A stretch of 63,848 nt of DNA, the filler included, from Aduncisulcus paluster (lineage: Eukaryota), in assembly GCA_024181965.1 (NCBI GenBank). It is 10 parts of 10 records of this genome, joined end to end, with 100 filler letters (N's around TTAATTAATTAA, not from the genome) between each part and the next. Parts side by side here need not be neighbours in the genome. Positions count along the whole stretch, not along the records: positions 1 to 2,154 come from BQXS01012378.1; positions 2,255 to 4,062 come from BQXS01012379.1; positions 4,163 to 6,091 come from BQXS01012380.1; positions 6,192 to 17,813 come from BQXS01012381.1; 6 more parts are not named here. The stretch is one strand, 5' to 3'. Shown here in pieces: positions 1 through 8,402 of the stretch. A program made the position numbers and the translations under genes. Positions within the stretch are counted from its first letter, which is position 1; each line of letters opens with the position of its first letter. Below the pieces are notes generated by a model that saw only the letters and a program-made list of their open reading frames with translations, was not told the origin of the DNA and did no database searches.

Positions 1-2153
1 TTACCAAGAAGAGAAGCAAATATGGACTGAGTATTACCAATATCGACACTCACTTTCTGCAATCGTTCAAGGAAACCAGCAATCATCATAGCATTTGGGA
101 TAATATCAGGAGCTGGGCCCTGCATTGATAGCCGTCTCTTCTTTCTCAAACGACGAGTACATCCTCGGAGGAACAAAAGAAGTTTACCAATGTTTACAAG
201 GGATTGATTTATACTCTTCTTGGCTCGCCGTGTCATGAGATTCACCTTCTTGTATGCCATATTACCAGCATTGTCACTCTGTCTGGAATGAAGGGATAGT
301 CGAACAATTGGGAAGACAATGTCTTTGCCAATATTTGTGACACGTTCACCTGCAAAACCACTGATTTGATCATATTTCTTTAAGATAAAGGCAAGACGTT
401 CAGGCCTGAAAGCATCTTCAAAACAGGCACGGAGACAGAGAATTCCAAAGTCTGATGGAAAGTCTTCTTGAGCCTGACCTAGAGCTGTCTGACAGACATT
501 CATACAGACGGCATTCAAATCGTCCATCTCTTGACTAATAGGTCTCCTTAACTTCTTCAAAGTAGCACGTTTGGCCATGAGAGAGATAAGAGGACGAATA
601 GCGATTGCCCAACACATGGGGTTTTGAAATAATTGCTTAAACTTACCACTTAACCAACTTGTACTGATTTCACAAGGCACACCCTTCATGCAACCCTTTG
701 AAAATGTGTAATCTTTGTCTGCAGAGTAAACACGGATCTTTGAACGTTTCCGAGGCTTCGAAAGAAACCCTAGATCACTGGACATTGTAGAGTCAAGGGA
801 ATCTGAACGATTATACACAGGTGTGGTCGTTGGCTGAGATGACCTTGCAGAGTCGGGATGTCTCTGAGAAGTCCTTGTCATGGCTGTAGTATGTCCAAAC
901 GAACCTGAATGATGCAGATAGGGAGCTGAACGAGGAAGCAATGGAAAATTTGACGCATGGGGAATGTCAGATTTGGAGGTGAAATGAGAACTAATTGGCG
1001 GTTGGAAAGAGAGGAGACGATCTGGACTTTTCCCTTCTTGAGCACTTGAGTTATCCTCTATGACATCTGTTATCCTGTATCCTGTGAAAGAAGGTGATGG
1101 AAATTGAGGTTTTAAGGAGAATGAAGGGGGTGTATGGGCAACCTTCTTGAATATGTTGCTAATACTGACTCCTCCAGCGAAAGAATCTTTGGAATGTGAG
1201 GTTGCTCCAGAGAATCGAGGAAAAGAGAATCCTTCCAACATCTTCCCGCTTGGGATCGGGGAGTTTGTGATTGTGTGAGGATAATTCGATGAAAGAAGAG
1301 GAGGAGTTGTGCTGGAAGTGGATCTCCTGTTATCTGTCGTATGTGGTCCCGGAGATGCCTTGGATGTGGCCACTCTAGATTGGGAAGAAGAGACAACAAC
1401 AAACACATCCTCGCTCACGGGACCTTCTACAATCTCAATCGAACTCTCGGTTGTGGAGGAGATATTGTCGAAATCCTCATCTGAAGTGGAGGTCGAGGTG
1501 GGAACAGGATCACTTTTGAGAAGGTTTGTACTATGTCTAATCTCTTTCAGCATGGCATAATCTTCTTCCTCAAGCTCAGATACTTCCCCGCAGCCACAGA
1601 CACCGATCTTTCGTTGCTTATTCAATGGAGTAAAGTGTATAATTCGGTGTGGATGAATGTTACTCTTCTTATCATATTTGGCAAGATCCTTGGGTATGGC
1701 AGCCCGAGTGCATTGTAATAAGACGTTATAAGGTCCATAAAGTCTTAGAAAGACAAGTCCAGTGAAGATAATCAATGAAATGATGGAGGATATAATGAGA
1801 CCCCAGAATACAATGGAAGTGTTCGCTGATATAAATCCGGTAATAGCCGCAAGAGACGATGTTAAGGGGAAAGAGTGAAATGCGGCATGGGTCATATTAG
1901 AAAAGAATGAAAAGAAAGGAACATAAGTGACGAGTGCAACGAATGAGCATGCAAATGCGATGGCAGATATAAACGTAGATATAATGGGGAATGAAGGCGA
2001 AAGAAAGGCTTTAGAAATAACAACAAGAACGCAGAATATGATTCGCCAAGCATGGTACCGGCCAGTAATACGTTCGGAACCCCACTGGACTCGAACTATC
2101 TGCATATAGGCTTCGAGAGGCGATAATACTTTTGACCAAGACCCTGTGAATGA
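1..2153 (-). CDS. Partial multi-pass membrane protein, possibly TmcB/TmcC (tiny macrocysts)-like
   Basis: Open minus-strand frame across the whole contig (SFTGSWSKVLSPLEAY...IFASLLG). It is absent from the ORF track because no stop lies inside the window. About four hydrophobic helices are followed by a Ser-rich linker and a helical region (AQEDFPSDFGILCLRACF). The family call is tentative. Confidence 0.65.
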
Positions 2154-2154
2154 A

Positions 2155-2254
2155 NNNNNNNNNNNNNNNNNNNNNNNNNNNNNNNNNNNNNNNNNNNNTT
2201 AATTAATTAANNNNNNNNNNNNNNNNNNNNNNNNNNNNNNNNNNNNNNNNNNNN
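2155..2254. other. Artificial contig linker (N run with TTAATTAATTAA). Also at 4063-4162, 6092-6191, 17814-17913, 28437-28536, 30188-30287, 34716-34815, 37290-37389 and 55535-55634
   Basis: Identical 100-nt N spacer containing stops in all six frames. Confidence 0.98.
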
Positions 2255-4062
2255 AGAGCAGAGATATCCGAGATGTTATTTTCATAGAGATACAGATATA
2301 CTAATTCATCCATGTTTGACAAAGAATCAATGGAAATAATCTGATTATATCCAAGGTGTAAATATGTCAATTTCACCAAACTTTCCAATGAGCTCACATC
2401 AGATATTTGATTGTTGTACAAATGCAAATTGGTTAGATTCAACAATCCAGATAAATCCGAAATGTCAGATATTTGATTTGAATAAAGGTATAGAATATTC
2501 ATATCATTCATTCCAGAGAGGGCAGAGATATCTGAGATATTGTTGTTGTAGAGATACAAATACTGTAAACTTATCATGTTTATCAAAGAATCAATTGAAG
2601 CAATTTCATTGTATGCAAGATGCAAATATGTTAGCTTTGTTAGAGAATTCAAATAGGAGATATCTGATATGTTGTTCACCTGGAGTTCTAATCTCACCAA
2701 TTCTTCCATTCCAGATAGAGCAGAGATATCCGAGATGTTATTGTAATGGATATACAACTCTGTCAATTGGAGTATATTTGAGAGAGATGAAATCGATGAT
2801 ATTTGGTTATGTCCAAGATGAAGATATGTGAGATTGGAGATGTTGACAAGAGGTGAAACATCTGAAATATTGTTTGAATAAAGATATAGAGTCGTTAAGT
2901 TTATCATTCCAGATAGAGCAGAGATATCCGAGATGTTATTGTAATAGAGATACAGAGATACTAAATCATCCATGTTTGACAAAGAATCAATGGAAGTAAT
3001 CTGATTAGATCCAAGTTCCAAGGTTGTCAGATTCACCAAATTTTCCAATGGGGTCACATCAGATATTTGATTGTAGTACAAATACAAATACGTTAGATTC
3101 ACCATTCCGGATAGAGCAGAGATTGAGGATATATTATTGATGCCAAGGTGTAAAAATGTCAATTCCACCAAATTTTCTAATGGGCTCACATCAGATATTT
3201 GATTGTTGTACAGATGCAAATATGTTAGATTCACCATTCCAGATAGAGCAGAGATATCAGAGATGTTATTGTAATAGAGATACAACTTTGATAATTGGAG
3301 CATATTTGAGAGAGATGAAATCGATGATATTTGGTTATATCCAAGACGAAGATATGTGAGATTGGTGATGTTGACAAGAGGTGAAACATCTGAGATACTG
3401 TTTGAATATAGATGTAGAGTTGTTAGGTTTATCATTCCAGATAGAGCAGATATTGAGGATATATTATTGACGGCAAGATGCAAATATGTCAATTCCACCA
3501 AACTTTCCAATGGACTCACATCAGATATTTGATTGTTGTACAAATACAAATACGTTAGATTCACCATTCCAGATAGAGCAGAGATATCTGAGATAATATT
3601 GTCTCGCAAGGTCAACTCAACAAGCTGCTCCTCAACACCACTCAAAGAACCAAGAACACTATGAGAGTCTGTCAATCCAGTGTTTCTCAGATCAAGCTTT
3701 GTTAACATTGTGAATGCGGATAAAGACACATCCTCAGATAATACAATGTTCTGCAGATACAACGTGGATAAGGATGACGTTGGAAGATACCCAATCTCTG
3801 TCGAGCCAATCTCAAGGTCAGATGTGGATGTGCCATCGATGGTGAGTGATGCAAGTTCTGTAGCACAAGACAATCCTTCGAAGGTGTCGACAGAGGATGC
3901 ACTGAGGGAAGTCAACGACAGCATGTCAATATTGGTTATGACTGGACAATTAGCAGGAAGCCCAATAGAACTAACGAGAGCAGAACACACAGCAACTCGA
4001 AGGTTTACATCGGGGATAGAAACATCATGGAACTCACAGTTAGTACCATACCAATCTTCAAT
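2255..4062 (-). CDS. Partial internalin/SDS22-like leucine-rich repeat protein
   Basis: About 20 tandem 22-aa LRRs (LTxLxLxxNxISDISxLxxM). The frame stays open upstream to the contig edge, giving IEDWYGTNCE (EGF-like tail) and IPDVNLRVAVCSAL (LRR cap). Confidence 0.92.
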
Positions 4063-4253
4063 NNNNNNNNNNNNNNNNNNNNNNNNNNNNNNNNNNNNNN
4101 NNNNNNTTAATTAATTAANNNNNNNNNNNNNNNNNNNNNNNNNNNNNNNNNNNNNNNNNNNNAAGAAGTTCTTTGTCGCCGGTCTCGTGTCACTGCCTAT
4201 CTCGAGGCACTTCAATCATTTAGTTCTCCTTGGTCAATCTCTGGACATCCAGC

Positions 4254-4754
4254 CTATTTGTGGACACTTGCAATAAACCTTACCCCATATATGAATGGGA
4301 TCGGGTATCGTTTTGTTAGTTCGAATTCACATTGAATGGCACGTTTGACAGGGAAGTGAATGCGATGCCATTCGAATCTATGATGTACCTTGGAGATTGT
4401 GCATGTCCTCGATACTCTATTCCCATTATCCTGGACGAACGTGATCAACAACTCTGATGGAGCCAGCAGAATATCCACACAGATGTAGATGCATGCGACA
4501 TCACAACAATGTTCAAAGGGGAGGAAAAGGTAGGAGAATTCGATACTGGAACGATCTTTAAGGAAGCGATCTCGGACCTCAGATAATAATCGAACGTAAT
4601 CGCCCAGTTTTCCATATGCTCGCGTGTCATCGATAGCAATGTTCAAGGGATCATCGAGGGAGATCGGAGGTGGGTTTGCCGAGGCGTTCTCTTTACGGAG
4701 ACAAAGGGTAGGCATCCGTCCTTCCTGGAGATACTCAGAAATGATATTCTTTGG
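4254..4754 (-). CDS. Hypothetical protein with one copy of the beta-rich domain also found N-terminal to the kinase at 35391; probably a last exon
   Basis: ORF 4254-4715 extends in frame to an AG at 4755-4756 (PKNIISEYLQEGRM). Motifs PISLDDP, YICVD and FEWH match PIPRDDP, YICVD and YEWY in the kinase. Confidence 0.7.
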   Translation of the reverse strand, partial: PKNIISEYLQEGRMPTLCLRKENASANPPPISLDDPLNIAIDDTRAYGKLGDYVRLLSEVRDRFLKDRSSIEFSYLFLPFEHCCDVACIYICVDILLAPSELLITFVQDNGNRVSRTCTISKVHHRFEWHRIHFPVKRAIQCEFELTKRYPIPFIYGVRFIASVHK

Positions 4755-5570
4755 CTATGGCAATAAAGAAATGGTATGATAACAAAGGGTGGTTGAAAGA
4801 ATGAACATGGAGGAATATATGGAATATATCAGATATATCAGATAGACATAGATATATATATATATATACAAACAAATCACAAGATAGAAACATACATGTC
4901 ATCAGAGGAATCAAACAAAGTGGATAGATAAGATCCCATAAACAACAGATCTTGAAATTTCCTATATAATCCTAGATAATACCAACTTGAAGAGATCAGA
5001 GTAGTTTGAAATCAAAAACTTGATAAATGACAAACAAAGAGAAAAGGGGGAGATGAAAATGGAAATGTGTCTGGAAGAAGGGCAAATAAATGGATCCAAA
5101 AGATGGGGAAAACGATCAGAAATCAACTTCAAGTTAGCTCAATAACAGCGACCTTATAATGACAACAAGAGAGCATATCCACGAAAAGGACAGACTCATG
5201 GTCCAATATAAACGTACTAAGAATGGTTGAATGTAACCAAAACATCGGTTGTAATATGAAACTCATTTTGTTTTGTTTTTTTCACTTCGATTTTCCCTCG
5301 TTTGTCGGCAGAATCGAAGAATTATGCTCCATTATATTTCCTAATCGCATATATCCTCCGTTAATACTAAAAAAAGGCCTCCCTTTTATTCCATTTTATC
5401 AACGAGATGAACAAGATCAAGTTCGCGGGAATAACAAAGGTCTTTTTCATCCATTTCCACTGATCATATTCCGTTCATATTCCCCGTTTTTGTATTCTGT
5501 TTCATTTTCCATCCATATTAATAATATCCATCGTTTGATCCATTTTCATCCTAGAAACATAAATGTAAAA

Positions 5571-6091
5571 ATGGACCATGAAATCGACCATCATTCTATT
5601 ACCACATCATTTTTTGAACGGTTGGACTGGCTTCTCAAGCTAGATGACTGCTTCGAATACATAAATATTGAACAAGAATTCAAGAATCCATTCTTTATCG
5701 CGGCTTTGTTTGCCAAATGTGGCTATAACATTATTCCTTTAGAACCAGAGTTATCCTCACTGCGCGTGTGCAAATCATCGCCCTCAGGGCTGATTGAGTA
5801 TTCGTTACGACACTCTTCTCAGAAGAAACGTCAGCATCGTGTTCGTTCCCAAAAGATTGATTTCGCCATGCTTCTGTACAAAGTGCTTGACCTGTTGATT
5901 GACGAGTATCATTCCGATCTCTCCCGTTTCATCAACCATCGAACCGCCATCAAGCTTTCCACAGGGAATGTGACAGGTGTGATGGAACTTCTGCGATGTC
6001 TATTTTACCTTGGGATCCGCTGTGGACTATTCTCATGGGATTGCATACATGCTGATCTTTCTGACATCACACCCACTCCAAGTTCCCATGA
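5571..6091 (+). CDS. Hypothetical protein, 3' truncated
   Basis: ATG after an A-rich leader (MDHEIDHHSITTSFFERL...). GC content is higher than upstream and the frame is open to the contig end. Confidence 0.6.
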
Positions 6092-6191
6092 NNNNNNNNN
6101 NNNNNNNNNNNNNNNNNNNNNNNNNNNNNNNNNNNTTAATTAATTAANNNNNNNNNNNNNNNNNNNNNNNNNNNNNNNNNNNNNNNNNNNN

Positions 6192-7457
6192 GATGAAAAG
6201 TGGATGAGAGAGGAGGATAGAAAAATAGAACAGAAGAAAAGGGAAAGGGAAAATATCGAAGGGCCTATCAAAAGAGAACAGAAGAAAAGTGACAAGATAG
6301 AACCTCCTCCGAAGGCTGGCTTGAGTGCCTCTTTGAAAACGGCGACCAGTTCATCTTCTGTCTTCGGTGCTCCTCCTCCGAAGGCTGGCTTGGGTGCTCC
6401 TTTGAAAACGGCGACCAGTTCATCTTCTGTCTTCGGCGCTCCTCCTCCGAAGACTGGCTTGGGTGCTCCTTTGAAAACGGCGACCAGTTCATCTTCTGTC
6501 TTCGGCGCTCCTCCTCCGAAGACTGGCTTGGGTGCTCCTTTGAAAACGGCGACCAGTTCATCTTCTGTCTTCGGCGCTCCTCCTCCGAAGACTGGCTTGG
6601 GTGCATCCTTGAAAACGGCGACCAGTTCATCTTCTGTCTTCGGCGCTCCTCCTCCGAAGACTGGCTTGGGTGCTCCTTTGAAAACGGCGACCAGTTCATC
6701 TTCTGTCTTCGGCGCTCCTCCTCCGAAGGCTGGCTTGGGTGCTCCTTTGAAAACGGCGACCAGTTCATCTTCTGTCTTCGGTGCTCCTCCTCCGAAGGCT
6801 GGCTTGGGTGCTCCTTTGAAAACGGCGACCAGTTCATCTTCTGTCTTCGGCGCTCCTCCTCCGAAGACTGGCTTGGGTGCTCCTTTGAAAACGGCGACCA
6901 GTTCATCTTCTGTCTTCGGCGCTCCTCCTCCGAAGACTGGCTTGGGTGCATCCTTGAAACCAATATCAGACATTTCTCCTGAGCATAAATCTGAACCCAA
7001 AGATCAAGTCACAAGTGGAATCTTTGCGACTCCAACAAAAAAACGAGGAAATGGAATGTTTAATCAACCTTCTGGTGGTATCTTTGCCCCAAATCCTTCC
7101 GTTTCGAGTAAGAGTTCGTCAAAGTCTTCAAAAGGAGGAATATTTGGAACCTCCTTCGTTTCATCTTCTTCTTCTTCACTTCCTTCCTCTGGTTCTGACA
7201 CTCCCGAAAAGAAATCAAAAGGGGGCTTGTTTGGTTCCTTTAGTTTTGATTCTCCAGGAGGAGGCAGTGGTGGGATCTTTTCTGCAAGTGCTACACATCC
7301 TAGTGGAACATCTGGATTTACACAGTATTCCCAAGGATCTGGAGCATCTTTGAGCGCGTTCAATGTGTCTGACAATGGGAATATCGGTATTTTTGGGGGA
7401 GGGTCAAAAACTGAGAAGAAAGGTCCAACGAGCGGAAGGAGTTTGTTTGGTAAGTGA
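6192..7457 (+). CDS. Partial FG-repeat protein, nucleoporin-like
   Basis: Nine SSSSVFGAPPPK repeats followed by GGIFG/GGLFG/SLFG motifs, ending at TGA 7455-7457. Confidence 0.75.
   Translation, partial: DEKWMREEDRKIEQKKRERENIEGPIKREQKKSDKIEPPPKAGLSASLKTATSSSSVFGAPPPKAGLGAPLKTATSSSSVFGAPPPKTGLGAPLKTATSSSSVFGAPPPKTGLGAPLKTATSSSSVFGAPPPKTGLGASLKTATSSSSVFGAPPPKTGLGAPLKTATSSSSVFGAPPPKAGLGAPLKTATSSSSVFGAPPPKAGLGAPLKTATSSSSVFGAPPPKTGLGAPLKTATSSSSVFGAPPPKTGLGASLKPISDISPEHKSEPKDQVTSGIFATPTKKRGNGMFNQPSGGIFAPNPSVSSKSSSKSSKGGIFGTSFVSSSSSSLPSSGSDTPEKKSKGGLFGSFSFDSPGGGSGGIFSASATHPSGTSGFTQYSQGSGASLSAFNVSDNGNIGIFGGGSKTEKKGPTSGRSLFGK
6303..6960 (+). repeat. 69-bp coding tandem repeat, about 9.5 copies
   Basis: Near-identical unit cctcctccgaag(a/g)ctggcttgggtgctcctttgaaaacggcgaccagttcatcttctgtcttcggcgct. 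Confidence 0.97.
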
Positions 7458-7663
7458 CGAATTGAACTTCATATAAATAATAGTATTATAATACCAATAG
7501 ATTTATTAAACTGATTTAATTTAATAAAATATATTCAATAACTTACGAAAATTGATTTCCATCATAGTTTATTTGAACTCCACAACAAATGGGGAAGGAG
7601 AAATGAAAAAATCAAAGCAGAAACACCATTCCTGTTTGAAATCACAAAGTTGGCTAGACATTT

Positions 7664-7729
7664 GTAACCGCAAAAACAACTAGAAAGTAGAGATCCAATG
7701 AAGGTTCTCTCCACTCTCGTCACAGTTAT
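7664..7729 (-). promoter_or_regulatory. SECIS-like stem-loop in the 3' UTR of the UGA-containing gene
   Basis: Minus strand reads AUAACU-GUGAC-GAGAGUGGAGA-GAA-CC-UUCAUU-GG-A-UCUCUACUUUC-UAGU...GGUUAC. It has RUGA, an 11-bp helix, an apical AA and a mini-stem. The 3' core is UAGU rather than the canonical NGAN. Confidence 0.6.
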
Positions 7730-7886
7730 AGAGAAAAGGCACAGTAACTGAATCAAATAAAACAAAACCCCTTGTGCAGAAGAATAAAGAAACAAAGTAA
7801 CAACGTGTTCACAGTAAGAATTGTGGCATGACATCAAAATGTCAAATAATGTTCATTTTTCAAGTGTAAAGTAATACGAAGAAGAC

Positions 7887-8114
7887 TTAATGCTCAGAGG
7901 CGTACTTCTTAATGAGTCCCATAACGACTCCTTCATCAGGACGACTCCATGCTGGTCCCTTGTAGAGGCTATCACCATCCACTAAGACCTCGTAGCAGCC
8001 ACCACGAGCTCTTCCGAACCGAACATCCCAACCCTTACCAGACACGAGGCCACGTGTCTGATGGAAAACACTGTCGGGGCATCAGCCAAATCCCATAATT
8101 GTAATTGTAACCAT
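7887..8114 (-). CDS. Putative Rdx-family (SelW-like) selenoprotein, 75 aa, with in-frame UGA at codon 11
   Basis: MVTITIMGFG(TGA)CPDSVFHQTRGLVSGKGWDVRFGRARGGCYEVLVDGDSLYKGPAWSRPDEGVVMGLIKKYASEH-TAA. GC-rich island in AT-rich DNA. GGCYEVLVDG resembles the Rdx GxFEVxVxG motif. Confidence 0.8.
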
Positions 8115-8402
8115 TTTAATTTTGATCAAAACTCAACTTTGACATTGTTCAACATGATGAAGGAGAGTTCAAATGCAAAACATGCAAATAAAATTTTGAC
8201 TAATCGATATTAATTAATTTCCTAATTTTTTTGTCTTATATTTGCGTTCTACAAGCAAGAACAGAAAAAGTTCACAATTAAAAGCGGTGCTTGAACGTTT
8301 ACCGCCACAAACATTCATTTTATTTATGGGAAAATTGAATAAAAAAAAATAAACTGTTACCTATGATGAAAATAATTATGAGAATTTAAAAAGAGATTGT
8401 GG

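Noticed and set aside
2199..2210. Recurrent TTAATTAATTAA motif inside N runs
   Set aside because: Artificial six-frame-stop linker. Gene adjacency across these spacers is not biological.
6140..7000. Long antisense ORFs over the 69-bp array, and a possible CRISPR-like look
   Set aside because: A stop-free repeat unit opens several frames. There are no unique spacers, and the plus frame continues into an FG-rich tail.
7562..7837. 91-aa minus ORF downstream of the selenoprotein candidate
   Set aside because: TTG start and U-rich composition; better explained as the 3' UTR holding the SECIS-like hairpin.
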